From the human T2T-CHM13v2.0 reference genome, Homo sapiens, in the NCBI RefSeq assembly GCF_009914755.1, contig NC_060939.1: a stretch of DNA of 64,000 nucleotides; one strand, given 5' to 3'. The notes beneath the pieces were generated by a model. That model saw only the letters and a list, made by a program, of their open reading frames with translations, searched no databases and had not been told where the DNA came from. The position numbers were made by a program, and so were the translations under genes. Positions 39,894 to 52,906 of this stretch are shown piece after piece. Each line of letters opens with the position of its first letter. Position 1 is the first letter of the stretch.

Positions 39894-40789
39894 TTGATTT
39901 TGCCTTAAAAAGAAGAAAGTTGGTCATGTCTATACACTGATGTGAGGGTCAACAGAGGGAGAGAGACAAGGTAGAACAGAGCTAGTGAGTGGTTGATGTG
40001 GTATGGACACTGTGTCTAGACTGTGGGAAGGGAATGAGGCCTAGGGTATAAACGGAGGGAGATCTTTGGATAAGAGGGGGTGTACTTCATCCACTGGTGA
40101 GAAAAACGTAAAGAGGAGGACACAGGTATGTTTCTAGGTGAAGGAAGCAAGAAATGGGCCAGTAGCTCAGAACACCCAGATATAACATATGAAAGTCAGA
40201 GAGAAGGCGGCTGAGGATGGGATCCCAAGGAACACCAGCATGCAAGATATAGCAGAGGAAGAGGCACCAATAAAAGGGACTGGGAAGAAGCCTAGAGAGG
40301 CAGCAGAAAAACTGGCCCAATCCTTTAGAAGCCAGGAAGTTTGTAAGCACGCATGCTCCATAGAATTGAATGAGAATTGTTAGCACTGGAAGAGGGAAAG
40401 AAAAACAAACTGGATAGAAGGTTACTAAGACCTTCACAAAAAGCCAGATGGGTTAAGGGGTGTCCTACTTCTCAGAGGCAGCACTGGCCCACCACCCCTT
40501 CCGGGAATGCTTTCTCTCCTTATTTCAGGGCAGCACTTTCTTCTCGGCCATCCCTCAGCTCAATGATTGCTCTTCCTTTTCCTCTTCCCTTGCTCTTCTT
40601 CCTCATCTCACACCACAAATGTCTGTTTCCCAGGATGATATTTTCAGTCCTTCCTTCTCCTTATGATACACACTCTTTTTATGAGACCTCACCTACACCC
40701 ATGGACTAACTCTGAATACCAAATACCAGCCCAGATCCCCTCTCAACTGCAGACCCATGCACCCAAATGCCTGCCAGACATCCCCATCT

Positions 40790-41515
40790 CAGGGGAAGAG
40801 GAATGGAGAATTAACAAATGTATATATTAAAAAGGGATAAAATTCTAGACAGTGATAAGGCTTTGAACAAAAAGAAAAAAGCGATGGAGAGAATGAAGTT
40901 GATAGTTTAGATAATGTGCTTGGCTGCATGAATCATCTGAATCATGAGGGATGAACCTTGGGCAGCTGTATGGGAAGGAACATTTTAGGAACTGCCTAAG
41001 TCGAAGCCTACAGGCTGAACAAAGCTTCGTGAATTCAAGAGACAGAAAGGAGGCCAGAGTAGCCAGAGCCCAGGGAGAAGGTGGAGAGAGGAGTGAGGAG
41101 TAGCCAGAGAGTGGGACAGGGGCCAAGTCATCCTAGCCTTGCTAGAAACTCGCATTTTATTACATGTATTAATAAGCCATTGGAGGATTTCAAACATAGG
41201 GCTGTTACAATCTGATGTGTGTTTTTAAAAGATGACTCTTGCTGCCATGTGAAGAATGAAGTGGCCAGGCCAAGGCCCAGTAAGGCATCAGTGCAGTCAT
41301 CCAGGGCAGGGTGCCAGAGCTTGGCAGCAATGGAGGAAAAGAAAAGTGCCATGCAAGCAAAATGCCAGGGCTTGCGGCAGGATGGATGTGAGGGTTGAAG
41401 AAAACGGGATCAAGCTCCCTGGGTTTATCAGTGGGGCAGGTGAAGTAGGACCATTTAATATGATGGGGAAGACTGAGGGAGGACCAGGTTTGGGAGAATA
41501 ATGAATTTCGTTCTG
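40790..41515 (-). mobile_element. L2a fragment
   Basis: GACAGAAAGGAGGCCAGAGTAGCCAGAGC...AAGCCATTGGAGGATTTCAAACA...TGATGGGGAAGACTGAGGGAGGACCAGGTTTGGG. Confidence 0.7.
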
Positions 41516-41872
41516 GTTAGTGGCAATAGTGTTGGTGGTGGTAGTGGTAGAAGCAGAAGAAAACAAGAATAATGTACAGGAAAACTTCATTGCTTCCATG
41601 GAGTCTTTAGGGAGATAAATTATTTAAAATCATGTTTCATCAGCACCATAAGAAAGGGAAAAACAAGAAGAAAATCATGTTTCAATTTAGAGTATATTTA
41701 TGGAGTTATTGAGGAAAACGTTTTGTTTTGATTCCTAATAGTATAACTGAAATGGAGCATAAGAGACGGGAGTTAGCTTGTATATTGAACAAGGTCATCA
41801 AAACCTTGTCATCGTTACTATCTTCCCAATCACTGATTTGTTTTTAAATTGCTCCATCCTAAGTTGTTACAT

Positions 41873-42178
41873 CACTGTCCAATAGAGCAGCAACAAGCCT
41901 CACAGGCTACTAGGCACTTGAAATGCAACTAGGCTACATTGAGATGTGCTGAAAGTATAAAATACCCATCAGGTTTGAAGACTTAAAGGACAAAAGAACA
42001 GAAACTATATCATTAACATGTTTCATATCGATTATATTTTAAACAATTTTAAAATATAATGAGTTAAATAAAATATTAAAATTAATTGCACCTGTTTATT
42101 TTTACTTTTAGAATATAGTTACTAGCAAATTTAAAATTATGTGTGTGGCTTTCTTTTTGTTTCTATAGGATAGCACTG
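41873..42178 (-). mobile_element. MER33 hAT MITE
   Basis: CACTGTCCAATA...GGCACTTGAAATG...TTGAGATGTGCTG...TTTCTATAGGATAGCACTG. Confidence 0.8.
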
Positions 42179-43630
42179 CTGAATATGCTGAAATTATTTA
42201 AAAGAATAGTGTGTTGCTTTCAAACTATTCTTATTATACTCCCATGGAATTTACTAATACCTCACCTAAGTTTTGTTTTGATCAATAAAATTCCAGAATG
42301 TAGAAGGAGTACATGGATACAAAATTATTGATTTTTTAACCCGTAGAAGATGTATAGAAGGTTGGAATTTGCATAATTTTTATAGGCATGCCACTTGAGT
42401 TTGTGCTCTGATACACATAACATAAAACCTATATAATGATGAATCAACCAAATGAGGGTTTATTTTTCTGCAGTGACAAGTGCAGAGTTGCTGGTCTTAG
42501 TTCAGCAGCTCCAGGATGCAGGGATGAAGCCTCTGTGAGTCTCTGGGGCTTTGACTTAACATTCCCCAGAAGGTGGCTGCAGCTCCAGCTATCACACATC
42601 ACCTGACTTTGTTCCTCATTGAAAAAGTTCTCCCAGAAGTTTTACCAAATGACTTCCCTTCACAGCTCATTGGCTTAGAAAAATGTCATATGAAGGCTAA
42701 GAAATGTAAGTTTCTAGTTAGGCAAACAGAAATCCTACCACAAGGGCTGGAAATAATCCATTATCCTGCCAAAGCTGTGTCACACTGAGAAATACTCATT
42801 GACTGATTAAAATTTTTTTTAACTTTTATTTTGGAATAGGGTTCCATGCGCAGGATTGTTACTAGGTAAACTGTGTGTCACGGGGGGGTTGGGGTACAGA
42901 TTATTTAGTCACCCAGGTAATTAGCATAGTACCCGACAGATTTTTTTTATCCTCTCCCTCCTTCCACCCTCTATCCTCAAGTAGGCCTCCGTGTCTGTTG
43001 TTACCCTCTTTGTGTCCATGTGTTCTTGTTCTTTAGTTCCCATTTATAAGTGAGAACATACTGTATTTGGTTTTCTGTTTCTGTGTTAGTTTGCTTAATA
43101 TAATGGTCTCCAGCTCCATTTGTGTTACTACAAAGGGCATGATCTCATTCATTTTAATGACTGCATAGTATTCCATGTTGTATATGTACCACCTTTTCTT
43201 TATCCAGTCTACTGTTGATGGACATTTAGGTTGATTTCATGTCTTTGCTATTGGGAATAGTGATACAATAAATATATATGTGCACGTGTCTTTATGGTAG
43301 AACCAATCGTATTCCCTTCTGAGCTGAATGGTAATTCTGTTTTAAGTTCTTAGAGAAATCACCAGACTGCTTTCCACAATGGCTGAAATAATTTACACTC
43401 CCACCAGCAGTATATAAGTGTTCCCTTTTCTCTGCAACCTTGTCAGCATCTGTTATTTTTTGACTTTTTAATAATGACCATTTTGACTGGTGTGAGTTAT
43501 CTCATTGTGATGCAAATTTTGATTTGCATTTCTCTAATGATTAGTGATGTTGAGCATTTTTTTCATATGATTGTGGTTGCATATATGCCTTCTTTTGAGA
43601 AGTGTCTGTTCACGTCCTCTGCTCACTTTT

Positions 43631-44166
43631 TTTTTTGTAGCCCCAGTTCATATTCTGAGAACTGTATGACTTCAATCAATTTATTTCATCATCTTACATT
43701 TAAAATTTATATCATGGAAAGGAAAATTAAAATCAAAATACTCTTAGGGAAATAACTGAGAGAAAAGACATTAAAACAATTGACAATTTATCTGAAAATG
43801 TAATATTTGGAAAGGTAATATATTCCTGCTACATGTTCATGAATATCAGTCAAGATCTAAATAAAAGTTTTATAGCTATGAGTTTCTCCTCTAAATATCT
43901 TTTCCAAAAATAATGTAGAATTCATTCATGGTATCTCTATTTTAAAATTAATAATCATCCTCTTCCCCAACCTCTATTTTCACTCTGTCTTCTTCTCTGC
44001 TAGTAATAAAGTTTGAAATTGAGAAACCAATACAATGAAAATGTACTTAAGTCTCCAGCTTCTGGAAAGCAAAATTATTTTACTACATTTGTTGTAATAC
44101 TTAGGGTGAGACAATTTCACCATTCATGGTTCATATTTCTGGTCCAAACTTCTTCCTAAAAATTTG
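43631..44166 (-). other. 536-bp unrecognised retrotransposed insert (orphan transduction or retrocopy fragment) within the L1
   Basis: 27-bp TSD at 43604-43630 and 44167-44193 (2 mismatches), T tract at the left end, TT/AAAA site on the minus strand. Confidence 0.8.
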
Positions 44167-44443
44167 GTCTGTTCATGTCCTCTGCCCACTTTTAATGAGG
44201 TTGTTTGTTTTTTTTCTTGCAAATTTAAGTTCCTTAGAGACACTGGGTATTAAACCTTGTAGGAGGCATAGTTTGCAAAGATTTTACCCCATTCTGTATG
44301 TTGTCTGTTTACCCTGTTGATAGTTTATTTTGCTGTGCAGAAGCTGTTTAGTTTAATTAGGTCCCATTTGTCAACTTTTGCTTTTGTTGCAGTTGCTTTT
44401 GGTGTCTTCATCATGAAATCGTTGCCAGTTTCTATGGTGTTGA

Positions 44444-44930
<487 letters not shown>

Positions 44931-47900
44931 CTTGTTGCTTTTTTTTGCCAGTTTTGTCGAAGATCAGATGGTTGTAGGTGTGCAGCATTATTTCTGGGCT
45001 CTCTATTCTGTTTCTGTTTTTGTACTAGTACCATGCTATTTTCGTTAGTATAGCCTTGTAGTATAGTTTGAAGCCTAGAAATGCGATTCCTCAGCTTTGT
45101 TCTTTTTGCTTAGGATTACCTTGGTAATTTGGGCTCTTTTTGGTCCCATATGAATCTTAAAATAGTTTTTTTTCCTAATTCTGTGAATTATTTTATTAGT
45201 AGTTTGATAGGAATAGCATTAAATCTATAAATTGTTTTGGGAAGTATGGCCATTTTAACGATATTGATTCTTACTATTCATGAGCATGGAATGTTGTTCT
45301 ATTCGTGTCATCTCTAATTTCTTTGAGCAGTGTTTTGTAATTCTCATCACAGAGACCTTTCACCTCTCTGGTTAGCTGTATTCCTATGGGTTTTATTCTT
45401 TTTGTGGCAATTATAAGTGAGATTGCATTCCTGATTTGACTCTCAGCTTGGATGTTGTTGGTGTATAGGAATGCTGCTGATTTTCGTATGTTGATTTTGT
45501 ATCCTAAAACTTTGCTGGAGTTGTTTATGAGATTGAGGAGCTTTTGGGCAGAGACTCTGAGGTTTTCTAGGTGTAGAATCATGTTGTCTGCAAACAGGGA
45601 TAGTTTGACTTCCTGTCTTCCTATTTGTATGCCTTTTACTTCTTTCTCTTGCCTAATTGCTGTGGCCAGGACTTCCAGCACTATGTTGAATAGGAGTGGA
45701 AAGAGAAGGCATCCTTGTTATGTTCTGGTTTTCGAGAGGAATGCTTCCAAATTTTGACCATTCAATATGATGGTGGCTGTGGGTGTGTCATGGGTGGCCC
45801 TTATTATTTTGAAGTACGTTCCTTCAATGCCTAGTTTGTTGATGGTTTTTAACATGAAGATATGTTTAATTTTATCAAAAGCCTTTTCTGCATGTATTGA
45901 GATAATCATGTGGGTTTTGTTTTTAGTTCTGTTTATGTGATGAATCACATTTATTGATTTGCATATGTTGAACCAATCTTGCATCCCAGGGATGAAGCCT
46001 ACTTAATCATTGTGAAATAGCTTTTTGATGTGCTGCCAGATTCAGTTCGCAAGTATTTGGTTGAGGATTTTTGCATCTATGTTCATCAAGGATCTTGGCC
46101 TGAAGTTTTCTGTTTTTGTATGTTTCTGCCAGGTTTTTGTATCAAGATGATGCTGGCCTCATACAATGAGTGAGAGAGGAGTCCCTCCACCTCAATTTTT
46201 TGGAATCGTTTCAGTGGAGTTAGTACCACTTCTTCCTTATATAGCTGGTAGAATCAGCTATGAATCTGTCTGGTCCTGGGTTTTTTTTGGTTGATACGCT
46301 TTTTATTACTGATTCAATTTTGGAACTCATTATTGGTCTGTTTAGTGATTCAATTTCTTCCTGGTTTAGTCTTTAGAGGGTATATGTGTCCAGAAATTTA
46401 TTCATTTCTTCTAGGTTTTCTAGTTTGTATGCATAGAGGTGTTCATAGTAGTGTCTGAGGGCTTTCTGTATTTCTGTATGGTAGATGGTAATGCCCCCTT
46501 TGTCATTTCTGATTGTGTTTAGTTGGATTTTCTTTTTTTCTTTATTAGGCTAGCTAGTGGTCTATTTTATTAATTTTTTCGAAAAGCTAATTCCTGAATT
46601 CAGTCATCTTTTGTAGGATTTTATGTGACTCAATTTCCTTCTGTTCAGTTCTAATTTTGGTTATTTCTTGTCTTCTGCTTGCTTTGGGGTTGGTTTGCTC
46701 TTGTTTCTCTACTTCAACGGGTGATGTTAGGTTGTTAAATTGAGATCTTTCTAACTTTTTGATATGGGTGTGTAGTGCTATAATCTTCCCTCTTAACATT
46801 GCCTTAGCTGTGTCCCAGAGATTCTGGTATGTTCTATCTTTGTTCTCATTAGTTTCAAAGAACTTCTTGATTCTACTTTAATTATATTATTTACCCAAAG
46901 GTCATTTGGGAACAGGTTAATTTCCACGTAATTGTTTGGTTTTGAGCAATTTTCTTAGTCTTGCTTTCTAATTGTATTTTACTGTGGCCCAAGAGAGTGG
47001 TTGCTATGATTTCTGTTCCTTTTTTTTGCTGAGGATTGTTTTATTTCTGATTGTGTGGTCAATTTTAGAATATGTGCCATGTGGCAATGAGAAGAATGTA
47101 TAGCCTGTTGTTTGGGGCTGGAGAGTTCTGTAGATGTCTATGAGGTACATATGATCCAGTGCTGAATTAAGGTCCTGAATATCTTTGTTAATTTTCTGCC
47201 TCAATGATCTGTCTAATACTGTCAGTGGGGTGTTAAAGTCTCCCACTATTATTGTGTGGGACTCTAAGTCTCTTTGAAGGTCTATAAGAACTGCTTTATG
47301 AATCTGGATGCTCCTGTGTTGGGTGCATATATATTTAGGATAGTTAGGAATTGAATCCACAAGATTCGATTCTTGTGGAATTGAATCTTTTACTATTACG
47401 TAATGTCCTTCTTTGTCTTTTTTTATCTTTGTCGGTTTAAAGTCTGCTTTATCTAAAATTAGGATAGCAATACTGCTTTTTTTCTGTTTTCCATTTGCTT
47501 GGTAGATTTTTCTCCATCCTTTTATTTTGAGCCTATTTGTGTCATTGAGCCTAGGTGAGAGGGTTCTCTTGAAGATAGCATACCACTGAGTCTTGCTTCT
47601 TTGTTTAGCTTGCCAATCTGTGCCTTTTAATTGGGGCATTTAGCCCATTAATGTTCAAGGTTAATATTAATATGTGTGAATTTGATCCTGTCATCATGCT
47701 GTTAGCTGGTTATTATGCAGACTTGTTTGTGTGGTTGCTTTATAGTGTCACTGGTCTGTGTACTTCAGTGGGTTTTTGTAGTGGCTGGTAATGATCTTTC
47801 CCTATCATATTTAGTGCACCTTTTAGGACCTCCTGTAAGGCAGGTCTGGTGATAATGCATTTTCTCAGCATTTGCTTGTCTGAAAAGGATTTTTATTTCT

Positions 47901-48809
47901 CTCTCACTTATGAAGATTGGTTTGGCTGGATATGAAATTCTTGGTTGAAAATTATTTTCTTTAACAATGTTGAATACAGGCCCCCATTCTCTTCTGGTTT
48001 GTAGGCTTCCTGCTGAAAGGTCTGCTGTTAGCCTGATGGGGTTCCCTGTGCAGGTGACCTGTGCCTTTTCTCTAGCTGCCTGTAATATTTTTCTTTCATT
48101 TTGACCTTGGAGAATCTGATGATTATGTGTCTTGGGGATGGTCTTCTTGTGTAGTATCTTTCTGGGGTTCTCTGTAGTTCCTGAATTTGAATGTTGGCTT
48201 CTTTAGCAAGATTGGGGAAGTTTTCATAGATGATATCCTGAAGGCTTATTGGCACTCTTATTCCATCACTCCCCGTTTTCCTGTGTGCAGAGCTGACTAT
48301 GTTGAGGAAAAAGAATCCAGATCATAAAACATTTGTTCTACCAGATTCCAACCACTACTGTGTTAATATCTCTTAAACCTGCCAGGTAGATTTGCTTCCA
48401 ATAATACTCCTTTCATCAGATAATTCTTTCAAAGTAAAATTATAATGTGTTTTTAAAGGTACACTATAGCCATATGTATTTGCAACTTCACTGGAGATGA
48501 AATGCTTCACCTAATGCCAAGAGAATATCAGGTCACTTTCACTCAAAAATATCTTCCAACCTCTTACAACATGGCTCTCTGTTATGCACTCAAGATTACA
48601 AATGGAAAATAGAGCCTTGCCCTCAGAGAACCCATAGGCTAGTGAGAAGGGTCAGGAGGAACAGACATATAACATGCACAAATATTTGACATAATATTTA
48701 GCACGCTTATTGCAATAAATTTTGAAGTTCTAACTATCATTGGGTTGGTTTCAGGGAGCAAAAAGAGCTTATCATATACATAGTTATATGTCCTTGACAA
48801 TAATATATA

Positions 48810-48950
48810 ACACATTGCAGTGTACTTGGTGTGCATGGGCATTTCACTGCAGGTAGTGCACACATTGCCACATTTGCTCCTCACAATCACCTTTGAGATA
48901 GGGGCAGGTATTATGCCCATTTTAAAGATGAGAAGACTAAGACTCTCTGG
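48810..48950 (-). mobile_element. MIR
   Basis: TCCTCACAATCACCTTTGAGATAGGGGCAGGTATTATGCCCATTTTAAAGATGAGAAGACTAAGACTC. Confidence 0.7.
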
Positions 48951-51900
48951 TACCTTGTATTGCTCCTTTCCAGCCCTTTTCACAATCATGACGAAATACA
49001 TAATTGCATGATTATGTACTCACCATCCATTCTCCCTGCTAGAGAGTTAGCTCCATGAGGGCTGAAGCCACATCTGCCTCATTCTCCACTGTGCCTCAGG
49101 CCTGGCTCAGTGCCAGGCATGGAGTGGACACTAACATTTTTCTGTCCAGTGTATGTATTAATAATTAGATCTAACACACAAATGTGTTTCATGGACCATT
49201 CCAACACTATTTTATTGATAAAGCCTGCCTGCAGAGCTAGGTTGAGACTATTTCTGGGGCTGCAACCAGATGAAACTAGGAAAAGGACTGTGATTTATCA
49301 GTGAAGTCTGTTTGAGGCATGAGAGCAGGAAATCATAGCACACCTGCTCTAGAGTTTCCAGCTCTGAATTAGATTTCATGAATTCAGTCATGAAGCTCAT
49401 ATATTATGCTGCTTCTATATTAATCGTACCAAGTGCCCAGTACTAAACAACGAGTAAATAAACACTTGCTTCAGTTAACTGACTTTATCAGGTGGCTAAT
49501 GGTCAGGCACCAAAAGCTAGTTTGGTTCAATAAAGCTCATCCTCCAAATGTGCCCATCCAAAGTATTAAAAAATCCTCTGATAGTGTCTCATTGCCACCA
49601 AACTATTCGAATAGCCAATCTGGAATTTATAGATGGGACTCGTGGACCCCCCAAAAGTCTCAGACAAAATTGATCAAATTCTGCATCAGCCTGGCAAGAG
49701 GCATTTGCCAACTTTTCATTTATTTCTTCATCTTCAAATGGAAACAAAGCTGTCTTCCAGCCTCCTGAAATGTTGTGAAGAATAAGTAATAAACAAGTAT
49801 TTGTAAAGCAGTTGACACAAGCTGAAGAGCTCGCTGGCCGTGAGCAAGTGAGAATTCATAAATCCCATTCCCATCAGTCCATTCATCTTGGCTTCTCCCT
49901 GTCCATTTACTTACTATCATTTATTTTTAATCAGAAAATACGTTACTTCAGCTCAGAGGGTTTTTTAAAGATCTCATAGAAAATCTGACCAAAAGAGATC
50001 AGGTGTGGGCTATGAAAAATGCATTTACTGCCAGCTGACTTGGCATCCAAATTACTCAAGCCCAAGCTATTTTCACTTATCCTTGGCTCCTCACTTGCTA
50101 CCTGTATTCAATCAAGGCATTTGAGAGCAAGTTGATGATATTCTTTCCCTTCAAGGCCTTGTATATGGTTGCAGTCAGCCCCTTGCACCCAAGAAGGAAG
50201 AAAAATGACACAAAGGAAAAAAAAAAAGCAAATCAATAAATGAAATGAAAAGACAGAGCTCATAAGCTTGGGTATATGAGTGCCCCCACGTGCATTGACA
50301 CATATGTCTTTACATGGCTGTTCTTGCTTACCTGAGCCACTGTGGACACTCGCAAGGATGGTTTATATGTTGATTGTGTCTGGGTTAGTGCCTGGTGTTG
50401 AGTAAGCATTCAATAAACTATTGTTGGCAAGTGGAATTTGTTTCAAATGAAACAGCAGTTAAAACTAGATCTTTACCTAGAACTGACACATTCTAAAATA
50501 GTGACTATTTTATATGAATCCTTAGCATTTCTGTTAGTTTACAAACAGAAAAATCCTCTGCCCCCAACCCCTTACCCTACGACCTGTCATAAAAGGTTTG
50601 TTAATTGTTAATTTCCCAGTAGGCACTGAGAAGGTCCAAAGAGGCAAAGGAAAGGTAAAGCTTTGAATGCCACGAGAAAGGGGTTGGACTTTACTCTGTA
50701 TCCCCTGAGGAGCCATCAGAATGTTTTGAACGTGAAAAATAAAATGATTGGATCTATGATGAATGAAAATTTTACTGATGATATGGAGGATGAATTAGAG
50801 AGAAGAAGCTGGACTTAGGGACACTCATTAGAAAGGAGGTTGATGGCAGTAGTTAAGGAATGTGGCTGAAGTTAGGTGAGCAGAGCAGAGGAGATGGTGA
50901 GGATGGGGTCAAGAGACCAGCATGGTTGATGAATACATAGATACGGTAGACAATCAAGATAGAAACTAAAGAATAAGAAGAACGACTGGCATGCAGCAGG
51001 AAGAGGCAGGAGGGCTGGCAAATGCTGGCAACATGAGGGAATCAATGGGCAAATCACTTTTTATGTAAGAACAACCCAAATGGTAACCTTGCATTCTCCC
51101 ATAGTATAAAATTAAACTTCTACTTTGAATCAATAGCACATCTTAAATTTTATCACGTGCTGGAGGAAGCATGAATACACAGGTAGACGAAGCAAACTGC
51201 AACTGCACATTCCGATTTGATCCATAGCCCAAACACAGACCTGATGAAATTTTTTAGGCACTGGCTACCTTGGTTAACCAGAGCCAAGGAGCAGGAACCC
51301 TCAACTTGGGTACACAGGAGAATTTGTAACAGGGCAAGAAAATCTGCTGTCAGTGAAGTGCCTTATGAAGCAATTTCATGGCATATCCAGCATATCCTAC
51401 AGTTGGTTCAAAGAGCAGAGAAAAGGAGAAGCTAATACTTATCTTAAAATGTTAATCCATTTATTTTCACATAGGACCCATCATAGAATTCATTATGATT
51501 CAAATTGAATTTTCTCCTAAAATAATTAACCATGTATATTAAAAAATTTATTGAATTTTCAATTATTATCTTGTCAATTTGAAATTCTATTTTTGTCATT
51601 TGTGCAATTTTGTATAATTAGCTTATATCTCTACTTTGTTCTATATCATTATACTATATTAACGATTCTGGTCTTAAAAGTAATAACCAAGAAGGAAATA
51701 GAAACCTCTCTTGACTCTGGGTAAATAAAATGAGAAATCTCAATCTCTCTTTTAAGTACAGTGACCAGTTTCTACGTGCCTGCCAGAAAGCTTAAGAGTT
51801 AGGGGGAAAAATGCATTTTAATATGAATATGTTTCTACAGCACCTTCAATAGATGTTTCAAGCAAACTGTCACTGACTTAGCAACAATATTTTCTTGAAT

Positions 51901-52131
51901 AAAAAGAATATTTCTATGTCAATAGATTTAATATTTTATTTTTCTGTGGAAGATCCTAAATCTATTTTGTTATTTAGTTGGCATAAATGCTTTTGAAATA
52001 TTATTTGGATAATCGCATAAGTTAAAATAGAAAGTTAGTATGAAAATTCATAATTAACTGAAAATTGTATCAGCTGGGGTAAAAGCATTATCAATAACCT
52101 TATGAAGAATTTTTTAAGGTTGCACTATGCT

Positions 52132-52242
52132 AAAAGAAAAAGGAAGATAGAGAGAGAGAAAGGGCGGGAGGGAGGGAAGAAGGAAGGAAGGAAGGGGAGG
52201 GAGGGAGGGAGGGAAAGGAAGGGAAGGAAGGAGAAAGAAAGA
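52132..52242. repeat. GA-rich low-complexity tract, (GGAA)n/(GGGA)n
   Basis: Nearly pure purine run of about 110 nt. Confidence 0.9.
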
Positions 52243-52413
52243 CTATACAAGCTTAAATTGTCCTGAGGTATTAAGGTGAATAATTCACTTGTTCATCTTA
52301 CTATTGCATTAATCTCTATAATAAAATTATTCCTAACAGTTTATTTTCTAAATATCCAAATTCAAAATGATTTATTCTGGATTTTTTAACTTTATTTTCT
52401 ATAAATATCTTAC

Positions 52414-52883
52414 AATAGACTCCCTTTGTTCCAGACTATTTTTTCAAGGATGTCTGTATAGTGAACACCTTTGGAAGATAGAAAGGAAGTTTTTCTCCAG
52501 AGGACAGAACAAGTTTGGTTACTGCTGGCATAATACAATGTCTCTCTTTCTCTGGGGAAAAGTTCAGGCAGGTTTATATACTGTGTATAATACAAGAGCT
52601 GGATTCCCTAGGTTCAGGTCTCCTCATCTGTGTTTGTCCTTAGGGAACCCAGCTCACTATATGCATAGTGAGCCTGTGGACTCCTCCACATTGGCCATGC
52701 GGGTCTTGGCAGCACTTGCCCACGAGGGACTTGGCAACATAAACTTCATACTGTTTGCAATGTGGTGAATTAAAAAATTATTTGTCTCTGACCCAGGAGT
52801 CTCATGTCTTCTGCTACTTTTCTGAAACTGTGGCAGGCTTACTTGCTAGCTTGCAAATAAGTTAAAATCTCAGATCATGGACA
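52414..52883 (+). mobile_element. LTR40-type 5' LTR (5' end missing)
   Basis: CTTTGTTCCAGACTATTTTTTCAAGGATG...TTTGTCTCTGACCCAGGAGTCTCATGTCTTCTGC...AAAATCTCAGA; visibly homologous to 56519-57005. Confidence 0.8.
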
Positions 52884-52888
52884 GCTTT

Positions 52889-52906
52889 TGGCAGTAAGGA
52901 TGAGAT
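52889..52906 (+). other. Putative primer-binding site, tRNA-Ser(GCT)-like
   Basis: TGGCAGTAAGGATGAGAT lies just after the LTR end. It matches 13/18 to TGGCGACGAGGATGGGAT (complement of the tRNA-Ser-GCT 3' end as recalled), and all mismatches are transitions. Confidence 0.5.
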
